Shown: positions 1 to 11,600 of the stretch, one piece after another
How the letters are laid out: each line of letters starts with the position of its first letter
Position numbering within the stretch: position 1 is the first letter of the stretch
Source: Antedon mediterranea
Taxonomy: Eukaryota; Animalia; Echinodermata
Length of the DNA: 64,000 bases
Reading direction: 5' to 3'
NCBI RefSeq assembly: GCF_964355755.1
Contig: NC_092672.1
Coordinates: 30,014,437 to 30,078,436 of the forward strand
Made by a program: the position numbers and the translations under genes
The notes under the pieces: generated by a model
What the model was told of the DNA's origin: nothing
The model's input: the letters and a program-made list of their open reading frames with translations, nothing else
Database searches by the model: none

Positions 1-148
1 GTTCAACTTTTTGTTAAAAAAAGAAGTACAATGTCTTTAATTTTTAATGTAGTGATCATGTTGCATTTCCCATCCCATGTTTTTTCTCAACCTTGAAAAA
101 CCCTTTTTAGGTCATATTCATTTACATAATTATATTTAATTCTTATAG

Positions 149-3100
149 GTTCAATTAGAATTGACTTCACCATGGTTGGGGATGTGGATAACACTGTGGC
201 TACTATGTACAATGATCTACAAGCTGGACGTATTACCTTGTTCATTGATGGCACCATTATTGAAGCTGACAAGTACTACATGAAAGTGAATGGAGAGTCG
301 TATGGCCCATCCGATGTAAGTAGCCTACCCCCTTTTCATTCCTATTTTGGATTAAATTTCAATATTTTTTCTGGTGCGATTGTAGTTTTTTTTTCAATAA
401 TTGAAAAAAGAAAAGTACATCACTTGCGGACACTACAACATCTAATTGTATTAATGTAATTTTATTTGTATTTAAACATTATACAAATAAAGTCAGGCTT
501 TTAAAAAAGGGAAATTTTCTGCCTATGCAACAAATACAAAACAGTCAGTATTTGTTTTTATAACAAACTTACTCCGCTTTTATCTTTAATTAATGTTGAA
601 AATCAGATGGGAAGCTAGATCATTTAAAAAATCAATGCTCAGATTTTGGTAGAAGACTAGCCTTATATGTCCACAATGATACAGAACCATTCTAATACAG
701 TCATCTCTCCCAATACCTGACACCTATGGGCTAGCCGAATATGTCTGGTTTTCTTGATAGTCTGGTATTTGGAATGAGTTTTTAATGGTAAAAACACATT
801 TTTGGACCTTTTGAGCCTCAAGAAAAGTCTTGTTTTGGGAGAGTTTACTGTATAACCATTAAAATAGAATATTAGAATCAAAATTATTATTATTTCCACA
901 AATTAGCGAAGAAAAATCATCATAAGCTAGGCTTATTCTCCTCCAAACCCAAACTCAAAAAAGTTTTAAATTTATTCAAATATTTTAAATGTTTTTGTTG
1001 TTTGTCTATGTGTACATATGGTGTCCGAAATGATCGAGAATGGACTGTACTGTTGTTCCAAAATTGAAACAAAAAATGTTCTTTTTTATATTTTACATGG
1101 TTGTCCATCGGAACTGACCATTTTAATTTTTAGTTACCCTACATACATTTTTGGTTGCCCCTGGACTGAGGGCAACTGATTATATCGAGACGGGACTGTT
1201 GTGTTCCACAATTGATGCAAAACATTGTTGTAATATTTTTTTATATTTTATGTGGTTGTCCATTGGGACTAGCAATTAACATTTTAGATTTAGTCCTACA
1301 TACATTTTTGGATTCCCTGATGTTGAGGGCAACTATTTTTGCAAGCCCATCTAGTGTTTTCAATTAGTTGTATGTACCAATCTCATGATGCAAACTTTTA
1401 AATGTATTGTAAGCCAATACGAGGACTGCCTTTAATAACTCTTATATAAATCTACTTGAAAAACTTTTTTTTATAAGGATGAAGAGGATTCTGGGATACC
1501 TGTGTGGGCTATAGTTCTACTGGTATTAATTTTACTGATTTTGCTCATCGTCATGGTTTTCACCATTCACAAATTCTTCAGCAACAAACAAAGTAAGTTC
1601 AATTTAAGTTTAACTGATAAAAATATGATATCTTCATACATCTATACCGAAAACGCATAAAACACTTGCCTGTATTAGGGAAGAGTGAGTTACAAATAGA
1701 TGCCTGTATTCACCAAAATATACCACCGTTAACTTAGAAAAAACACCCCCCAAATGAAAAATGGGATAGTTACAAAATATATCAAATACGTATATAGTGT
1801 TAGTACTCGTATTTTATGAGCAAGATATATACTTCTTATATACAGTAAATCAAAATATACATCTTTGAATTGATGGGACAGTCCAAGTCTAAGATGGTTT
1901 TTTTTTAAACAAATTGATTAAAAATTTGTGTTTATTTCAGACAACAAACTGGCAGCAGTTGAAACGATGCATTTGACAGAGAAGGAAGAAGCACCAAGAA
2001 TATCTAGTCGTGCTGATTTACATGGTAGAAACACACCAGTGTTCACTATAGAAACTCCAGAAGGAGAGTAAGTTAATTTTTCATTATGTATGGAGACCCA
2101 TAAATGCCAAAAGAGAATACCCAACTGGATTTCCACTTGTTTAAATGGATTATAGAATGTTGCACATCCATGGCACCTTTATGTTCTCATATATTTTCAA
2201 TGTAATTATACACCTTTTTTTTAAACACACTATAATAATTGGCCTTTATAAATTAAATAACTTAATAATAATTTACTTGCCTGTAGATAATACAGGTAGA
2301 TTGTAGACAATATAAGGTTTAATTTTAAAATGTTTTACTTATTAATATGATTAACATATTATTATAATCGCTGCTTCATTTTTGTCACATTTCAGCTTTG
2401 ATGAAACCAAACCGTTGAAGGATGACACATCTCGTCCATCGTCCAGTCGAAGTAAGTCACCTGGCTTCAACCATCCAAGCAGGACACCAGAGATTGTCTC
2501 CACAGCCTTGCCACCTGGATTTGCACAGGGTTCGGAAGAACATTGTAAGTAAAAAGAAAGTGTATCCAAGATAAGATAAGATAAGATAAGATAACTTTTA
2601 TTGATCCTCAAAAAGGAAATTCATTGCTCGTCATAAAACAAAGAAAACACTATAAAAACAAAAATAGCATAAAACCATTCATATAAAAACATCTAAAAAA
2701 TTACAATATAAAATTATCTTCTTGACTTCCTGTTGTACTGGATGATACCAAGCCCTTTTCAAGTAGAGATCAGCAGAGAAACTATAGGCCTAACTAGCCT
2801 CTCATGAGGAAAATGAACCCTCTGTACAAATCCCAGCTATAGGCTAAAATGAATCTTAGCCCAGGATGTTGTGTTATTTTTAACAGATATAACCGAAACA
2901 GAAGTATAGGAACCACTTCAAAAAAACCTTGTAAACTTACGATAAATAGAATACAATAATAGAAATTTTTTTTAAAGTGCTATTATTTATTATGATAATT
3001 ATTATAATAAAGCTGACCTGAAATATCGTTACTTTTGAAGTATTGACTGCAAGATGACATTAAAAAAAAAAATTCTTGTTTTGCCAACAGTGAAAGAAGA

Positions 3101-4525
3101 CCGCGCTACCATGTTCATTATGCAGCTAATGCCAAACAGAAGTTTCTCAAAGTTGGGTGAAATGGACGTAAATCTCGTTGGACCGCTCAGTAACATGCGT
3201 GCTGAGCTTAAACCGAAACTTGCCAGCCTCCAGTTAGACCAGCCGTTCGTGTTACTCACAGAAACTTTGAAAGACATCGACGGAGCAAGTGAAAAGAGAC
3301 AGATCGTACACGAGGTGTATGCCTCCGATAGCATCCTCCTTCGTTTCCTAGATGATAAAGGTAATACACTTGCACCCCCGAATACAAAGCCAGATTTTGT
3401 ATATTTTAAACGGGATGGTGATGATAAACTTGTGAAAAAAGCTGTTTCCTTTAATAGTCCACCTCCAAAATGAAAAACTAAAAAATATTAGTAAGAATTA
3501 TAATTCTCAAATTTTAATAAACTGGAGTTTGGATATACCATATTACTTTATGAAACACATTTTTCTATATTTCTTTTTTCATTTTTTTTTATTGATTACA
3601 TATTTAAATGTATGTAGTTAAAGACGTTTTTTTTTCTCAATACATGAGAACAATTAAACATTGAATGTGCCATTTTGTAATTTTAATAGTTAGTTATTCG
3701 CTTTTGCTGAAAAAAAATAGGATTTCATTGCTTTCACAAAAAAGAACAAAATTTTACAAAAATCATGTTGTGGCCAGGTTTCCACAGCAAAAAATATAAA
3801 TTAAATTAAAAAATAACCTATAAAGTTCATGTGGAAACGGGGTTTAACCGATTAAGCTCGAGAAAATTAACCGATAATTATCTCTTTCAAATCAGATAAA
3901 GGAGATAATTTTTAACCTTTGACCTAAAGAATAACTTATTGCGTTGTGATTGGGCACTTGGTTGTTCGGTAATAACTGATCGTGCACACTTTATTTTGTA
4001 TTGATTATCTGATTGGTTAAAAAATTAACTGATAGTAACTGTTGTTATGGCTGCGGAAACATGGCATATTACTAATCTACAATATTGCTTATTGTTTCCA
4101 TCATAGTCAATTATTGACTATTTTTTCATCTGTGTGTTTTCAAATGGAAAGCTCGCTATTGCATGTTATATCTAACAACTTTTTCACACACATATCTAGA
4201 TCTGCTATCAATTCGCTAAAAAATTGTACAAGTTTTGATGTAATTAAATATAATATATAACAATAACAATTGTATTTGTATATACTAACGCTTTCCATGT
4301 CTTTTTTTATTGGCAGATATTGATAAGCTTTGCGTTTGTGGTCTGGTCGGTCAGTTCGAATGTTCGCTTTGTCATGCACAAGTCTATTGCAGTCCTCAAT
4401 GCCAGTCGGGTGATTGGGCGAAACATATTCAAACGTGCAACAGTGGGAAACACCAATCACCAGATTCCAGTTTGCTTTATAATGAGAAAGAACAAAAGGA
4501 TTCCCCTCCGATTAGTTATCCATAA
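149..4525 (+). CDS. 3' part of a multi-exon gene (5' end outside the window): single-pass membrane protein with SEA-like juxtamembrane ectodomain, TM helix, cytoplasmic globular domain and C-terminal MYND zinc finger
   Basis: Phase-compatible GT-AG exons: 149-315 (GSIRIDFTMVGDVD...YGPSD), 1478-1592 (DEEDSGIPVWAIVLLVLILLILLIVMVFTIHKFFSNKQ, TM), 1941-2067, 2396-2544, 3091-3360, 4317-4525 (MYND, TAA). 'GSIRIDF' matches the G-S-h-x-h pattern of SEA-type modules. Confidence 0.8.
1040..1335. repeat. Diverged ~150-bp tandem duplication in an intron
   Basis: ggactgt...gttcca.aattga...tggttgtccat.gg.act...cctacatacatttttgg...gagggcaact occurs twice (about 1040-1180 and 1190-1335). Confidence 0.7.
3091..3473 (+). 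CDS. Exon with internal donor at 3360/3361; read-through form ends KGNTLAPPNTKPDFVYFKRDGDDKLVKKAVSFNSPPPK-stop (possible short isoform)
   Basis: Acceptor ttgccaacag|TG at 3090/3091 is in phase with the previous exon. The frame stays open 37 codons past the AAG|GTAATA donor to TGA 3471-3473, with AATAAA at about 3516. Confidence 0.6.
3772..4066. mobile_element. Small degenerate MITE in the intron before the MYND exon
   Basis: Imperfect terminal inverted repeats gccaggtttccacagc / gctgcggaaacatggc; internal ttaaccgat motifs are also seen at 62760-62960. Confidence 0.5.
4317..4525 (+). CDS. Terminal exon encoding a MYND-type zinc finger (LCVCGLVGQFECSLCHAQVYCSPQCQSGDWAKHIQTC)
   Basis: Perfect TACTAAC branch point at 4283-4289, pyrimidine tract, CAG acceptor at 4316; phase 1 matches the donor at 3360. 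Cys/His spacing with YCS.xCQ..DW..H...C is the MYND signature. Confidence 0.85.
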
Positions 4526-6350
4526 GTTGAAAAAGGTGGTGGTAGATTGATCACAATATAAGGTGACCTTTTAAAGTAATTCTTATTTCTATTCTAACTA
4601 AATTTTTAGATAATATTTACGAATATGCATATAAGGCGATTTTTCACCCAAAAAAAACTCCAAAACTAATTTTCAATTTATCTTAAACTACCATACTAGT
4701 GAATCATTTATCAACTAGTTTTTATTCCAAATTCTTTTCATTTTATGGAAAATATTCCACAAACATACATGGAAGCTATACTGTAGTAGACTGGTTGCAA
4801 TGTGATTTGATTATACTCATTTTTAATGATTTTGATATAGTGGTGTATTTTACTGAAATATTGTAAATTAAGTATTTTATGTGACATGTGATAGCGGATT
4901 ACATTGTTTTGTTTTATATTATATTGTAAAAAAAAGCAGAGAAGAAATTTAATATGTATTTTAGGTTTGTTTTTTGTGACAAAGTCCTCCAATAGAAAGT
5001 AACTCGCCAAATATAAACGGAGTCTCATTTGAGGTTTAGTGAGAGTGGAATAAAAACAGTTGTGAATTTCCAATCAGAATTAAACTTTATAGTCATTGAG
5101 ATAAACAAATTTCAGGTTAATAAAAAAAAACTAACTTAAACGAAAAAAATTTGATATAATGAAGAAAATTGAATATATTTTTTAAATGATTTATAAAGTA
5201 AAAAAATTTTAGAACATAGATATAAAATATAATATTTGTAAAAATAATGTAATCTATATCACTTTGAAGATTTTATTATGCTTTTTTTTTGACATTGTCA
5301 TTGAAGAATTTTATTTTTCGTGTTTTTGGTGTATATTGGTATAAATTAATATAAAATGTATATTAGTATAATATTATATTGTAGTAGGATAGTGTGTTCT
5401 GTAAATTTATATACCTTTTCTTTAGTCTTTCGTCTTATAGGCGCAAACATTTCTTTGCTAGTTTTTTGTTTGTTTTGGAAATCATTCTAGTAGAAATAAT
5501 TATTACGGGTATAGTATAATAATTTAGTTCAAGAAGTATGTGTAAATCCGCATAAAACATATCCAAATGTAATTTTTACACGCACAACCATGTAATAATA
5601 AACTTCTTTACTCGATATCAAAGCCATTAATGGTTAAAATTATACTCAAAATTACAGTATACCTAAGGTAATGGAATGAGAGATGTACATTTATATTAAC
5701 GTTGTGCTTCGTCTTGTCGATAATCCAATCACTGTGCTTCTCTGGTATATTATTCTACCATCATTAGTTTAGTGATATAAAGGAGAGATACTTTTTTTTT
5801 TCAGACGAATAGTATTATTGTGGAATTCTCATCTTTAAATAAATAGTATCTTGTTGCTCTTTTAAGCAGCCAGTCCACTTGCCTCAAATCGAACAAGTCA
5901 CCAATCCATATCAATACCAACACAGGGAGTTTATTTTGAGAATGTTCTCAACACAGTATTATCATGCGCTATAAAACTTCCCATAATTCAACGGGTCCTG
6001 ACTACTGTAGTATGTTAGTTTTACCATGGTTTTACTTACAATTGTATTTACACGGACTAATAGGCCTAGTTAAACCAGTTCTATGCACGCTTCTTAAGCT
6101 GAATTACATCCATTAATTCCTCGTGTGATCGTTCTTCCTTCCTTCGGCGCGCCTACATAACATACAGAGTTGAACCTTTTTCTATTCTTCTAGACAAACA
6201 AACAAATGATACAGTTTAAGTTCTTAATACTCAATTCTGCTATTACCTCCTTGTCGTTAACTCCGATATCTCCAATTACCTCTAATATACCTCCGATGTG
6301 TTTTAGAAGTACATTCGTTTTAGAATTTAACATAAGCTAAGCCCAGTGAG

Positions 6351-6476
6351 TTCCGTCCAATCAGTGATTTCTACGTGCAATCGGAGATTTCCGTCCAATC
6401 AGTGATTTCTCCACGTGCAATCGGCGATTTCCGTCCAATCAAGTGATTTCCGTCCAATCAGTGATTTCCGTCCATT
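6351..6476. repeat. Short tandem repeat of ttccgtccaatcagtgat (CCAAT-containing)
   Basis: About five copies of TTCCGTCCA(ATCAGTGATT), two interleaved with cacgtgcaatcgg. Confidence 0.8.
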
Positions 6477-6719
6477 ACGTTTATTAAGATAAATTTGGTG
6501 TTTTGTATTTACATGATTATATATTCTTTCTTTAAAACAATTATACTACAGGGTTTCTGTATCGTATATATATTATTGATGAACATTGTGTAATACTAGT
6601 TTGGTACTTTTGTGTGTAAAAATGGTATAAACCTAACAAGATTGATCTAGTTGTTTGTTTTGAAGGAATTTTAGCAATATTATCATAGGGAACAATGATA
6701 CGGTATTTTGTTTTTAAAT

Positions 6720-8490
6720 TCAATTTTTATGAGAAATATTGCGTGTCATATATTATCTGCGAAAATCATATAATGTGGATGGTCTGCGCTCAAAAGTTTG
6801 AAAATGGAAACAATTTCGACCCTTTTATATTTACTTAGGGTAAGGGTTACTTGGGTTGTCCTGAATTCATCAAATGTTTTTCGTGTTTTTTCTCTGATGT
6901 TTTTATTTGACTGTCTTTATGTATGATGGATTCGAAATAAAACCAAACAAATATATATGATCATATATAGCAATATTATCGCATAATAAATGAATTTTAA
7001 AAACTTGAATATTTTGGGCATTTTTCGAAAAAATCCCTGAACTATTATTTTAGGATTTTTTTCTAAAAATGACAAAATTTCGACCTTTTAATTTTTCGAC
7101 AAAACTGGTTAACATGGCTCTATAAGATAATACAACGCAATATATGCGCATATATAGCCATATTATCGCATAATAATTGAATTTTAAAATATCGATATTT
7201 TGGAAATTTTTCGAGATTTTTTTCCAAAGATGGCAACATTTCGACCCTTCTATTTTTCGACAAAACTGGTTAATATGGTTATAGACAAAATATGCGCATA
7301 TATAGGCATATTATCTCATATTAATTGAATTGAAAAAATCGATATTTTGGGTGTTGTTCGAAAAAAAACCTGTGCTTTAGTACAGGGATTTTTTCACCAA
7401 AAAAGGCAAAATTTCTACTATTTTATTTTTCGACAAAACAGGTTAATATGGCTCTACTATAATAGTACAGTGATTTTTTCAAAAAATAGAAAAATGTCTA
7501 CCTTTTTATTTTTTCGACAAGCTGGTTAATATGACTCTAGAAGATGATATAAATGGATGCGCATATATAGGCATATTATCGCATAATAATTTAATTTAAA
7601 ATATCGATATTTTGGGCATTTTTCGAAAAAAAATCACTATTTATTATAGGGATTTTTTTCCAAAATAAAAAAATGTCTACCTTTTTTTTTTTTTTTTTTT
7701 TTTTTTTTGAGAAAAAAAATCCTGTAGGCGCGCCTATAGGGACTTTTTTTTTTTAATTGAAAAATGTCTACCTTTTTATTTTTTTTTTACAAAACTGGTT
7801 AATATGGCTCTATAAAATTATATAAAGCAATAATATGCGCATATATAGCCATATTATCTCATAATAATTGAATTTTAAAAACTTGATATTTTTACCCTGT
7901 GTACAGGATATCATAATTGACATGCACATAATCGTATAATGGGTTTTGCTCGTGTTACCTCAACATATTTTAAATTGTCTATATGTTGTGATTTTTCGAA
8001 CAATTTTCAACAAATATTTATATTTTGACATAACTGGTTAGGATATCATAATTCGAAAAACAATCCCTGTACTATAGCAGAGACATTTTTGAAAAATAGG
8101 CAACTTTTGATCCTTTTACATTTTTAGTTACTGTGCATGTTACCTCAACATATTTTAAATTGTCTATATTTTTCCAATTTTCATGAAAAAATCCTTGTAG
8201 AAATTGTCCAAAAATAACCATATTTTGACGTAAAGGTAGGATGTCATAATTGACATTCACATAATCGTATAATGTTTTCTGCGCATGTTACCTCAACATA
8301 TTTTGCCTAGGCCTATATTTTGCGAACTACGTATAGTACAGAGAAAATTGCTAAAAAATAGCCAAATTTTGACCCTTTAGTATTTTGTCATAACTGGGTA
8401 GGATATCATAATTGACATGTGCTGTGTTCTTCGCATGTTACCTAAACGTATTTTAAAATGTCAATACTTTGGCATTTTTCGAGAAAAAAA
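6720..8490. repeat. Degenerate array of foldback/MITE-like units (cagggattttt...tgcgca...aaaaatccctg)
   Basis: Recurrent tttcgacaaaactggttaatatggctcta...tatgcgcatatatag.catattatcgcataataa..gaattttaaaa units, in both orientations; related to the 28470-30400 array. Confidence 0.75.
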
Positions 8491-8673
8491 AATTACGCAA
8501 GAATGAAACTTTTGAGACGGTGCTTTAGGAAAATGTTAAAATGTAATACACATGATACTACACAGAAGGCACAAGGCGAAGAAAATAATGAATAATGAAA
8601 AAAGTATATTTGAATGGCAGATGGCAAGATTTCATGCCGTAAAAGTTTTTAAACGCATAAACATATTTCTAAT

Positions 8674-11600
8674 TTAAGCATCTATTCCTTCTGTTGACAA
8701 GAGTGGCCGAGTTTCTTCATCTTCAAATCGACATGATTTCTGTGTCTTGACTAACGCTGGCAGAGATTTCTCTTCAGGAATATATAGTTGTTTCCAGGAC
8801 ACAAATGTCATAATCTCCAAAGACAAAATAATGTATTGTTAATTTCTAAAATAAGGTAAACTTATGGATATGGTTCCACTACTAAATACATAAATCAGTA
8901 GAGTATTCTTCTTTTTGTAAAATTAAGATTCCATACTCCTCATGAAAATTAAACAATTCCTCAAAACCATCATTTTCAATCAATTTACAAGTCTACTTTT
9001 ATATCCCAATAGGAATAATATAATGAATGAAAAAAACCTTTCCAAAGGTGAATGTAAATTTAGAATCAACATGTGGAAAAGTTTAATACAAATGATAGTA
9101 TGTTATACTATACTCACCAAGCATAACACAAGAATTGCAAGTAGAACAGACACCAAAATATATGGTTTATTTAAGGCACCGCCTGACCACAGAGGTCCAA
9201 TCATGGTTGCTGTGTTACCAACAGCTCTGCGAATACCTTGACCAAATCCTGCAACAATTTATAAAACTTTCTATAGATTATCTACTTTTTGAAAAATGTT
9301 ACAAGCGATAAAAATATTAATTAAGGATATTCCATATCCTACAATGGCAATATATCTGCCTAGGAGATATAGTGTAGGCCACTATGTAATTTCGTGTCAT
9401 TTTTTTGTTAAAAGCAAAATTCCAGCTGATTTAGTGTCTTTAGGATGTAAAGTAATAAAAAAAATATGTTGCCATTTTTTTAAAAAAGCTTAAAGGTGTC
9501 AAATCCAAGATGGCCACCAATACGTAAAATATCCAATAAATGTACCATATTGGACAAAGTAACACCCATTATGAATAATATTTTAAGTTAAAATTAATGC
9601 TATATGGGTTCTCTGCTATATAAAAATTATTATAAACCTATATTCATTAGTATTTTGACATTTTCAATTTCAAAATGGCCGCCATTTTTAAAAAATGGAT
9701 TAAATTTCTTATTAAAACATGTGCAAGTTATGACGTTGATTGAAATCACAAAATGATAGGCCTATGACAACAACACGGTTATTAACACAAAATGGTGGCC
9801 ATTTTGAATTTCAAAATGGCCACCATTTTTTAAAAAGGGGTTAAATTTCTTATTAAAACGTGTGTAAGTTAAATTAAATTAGATTGAAATGACACAAAAT
9901 GATATGCCTACAACAACATGGTGATTAACTAACTCTGCCAAATGAAATATTTCTAATCAGTGCACTGTCTTGAATGCATATATTATGCATGCAATATAGT
10001 AAGTTGACCTTCCTTCGTTCTCTACTATTGTATCCATCAAACTTCAACAGACTGATCTGTGATCCCAACAAGCTTTTTCAGAAACAAATTGGCAAAAGTA
10101 CTGCAATCAATACCTCATTTGACCCCCAAATGCTCATACGTTCTTATATACAGTACTGTACCAGCTGACTATGTGATACGACAAAGAATCTCTATTGGAG
10201 TCCTCTTTTACTTTGATAAGTTTGTCACCTGTATTCACCGTCATATATATTTTTTGCCAATATTCATCCTTTTCTTAGGATCCCATAATACAGTTTGCCT
10301 TCTACAAAACTTTTACCAATGCCTCAAACATTTTCTGTCCAATGTCATCAGGCCATGACAAACACCTCTGTGAGATTTGCAGCATTCTTCATTAATCAAG
10401 ATATCATCTCTCTTTAAATGTTGGCTTTCAAACTCATCAACTAGATTTGCCAGCTCTGATGAAATTATTAATTTGTGTTATTCCAATGATACCATGCTCA
10501 ATGACCTTGATCAATTGATGTAAATCCAGCAATTCCCTTTGTCACACATACATGTCGTCTCATAAATTCCAATATCAGTAATCTGTTGAAAGTGATACAG
10601 TGGAAGTAACCGGCCATAGTTCAGGTGGTCATGAGCAAAGAAATATTTTATAAAAGCATGTGTACTTTCCATGTGTGCAGATATCGTTGTCTTGTGTCTC
10701 TGACATATATAGGAATAGTTTAACCACATCTCTCTGTATTCAAGTTAATATCTTTATGATCAGCGTTTTTCAAACAAAATGATACGTCACTTAGAATCAT
10801 TTTCTCTGTCTGAATTATTTAGAGAAAAGTGTCAGAAGTTGTAGAGAGAAAGCAGAGTTTTTAAGATATTTGTGTCACTGTTGTATAGGTAATACAATAC
10901 AACAAAAGCACTGGCCGCAACACTATTTTCACAATGCTACATGTTTAAAAGCCATATAATTCACCAGGTCGAAATAATTGCTTCTTGATGTCATCTCTGT
11001 CCACCTACACTCATCTCGGGCAAGAGTCATCACCAGGCATTATCTTGTATTTCCCTAGTACATGAGTTTTTATACCACAACCATGTGCACTCATCAAACC
11101 AGTGTATAATGGTGGTCAACTTTAAGGTACATCTAATGAAATCGGTTGAGATTGTAGAAGATGAGAAGTGGAAGTTAATGCTGCCCATGAAGCTTGTGAA
11201 TGAGCTGTATCTTTCTTCAAGCTTCTGCCAAAAGTTGACAGGTTGAAAACTTACCAACCATACTGGTGACCATGGCCTTGAAGTTTCAGACATAGAATTA
11301 CATGGCAATAACGCATTTATTATTGAACACCATATTTATACAGGATTTCACAATCTATATTATAAGTTAGAGAGTTTGTACGTTTGTTTGTTTGTTCGTT
11401 ATACAAATTTTTGTTACTGCACATAACCTTACATATTGGGTATCAAAATGACCAGAATTGTACCGGGAAAGTTCTAATTTGAACATCATCCGCCATCTAG
11501 GATCTAAGTTAAGCTTGGTTCCCACTAGGACGCAATGCAAGGACGTAGACGCAACGCAAACCAGTTGACCAATGACAAGCGACCGTCAAATAAATCCATC

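Noticed and set aside
8942-9241. Duplicated 99/98-aa + strand ORFs (also 22080-22376)
   Set aside because: Antisense shadows of transporter exon 10 and its intron; the similarity is explained by the A/B duplication.
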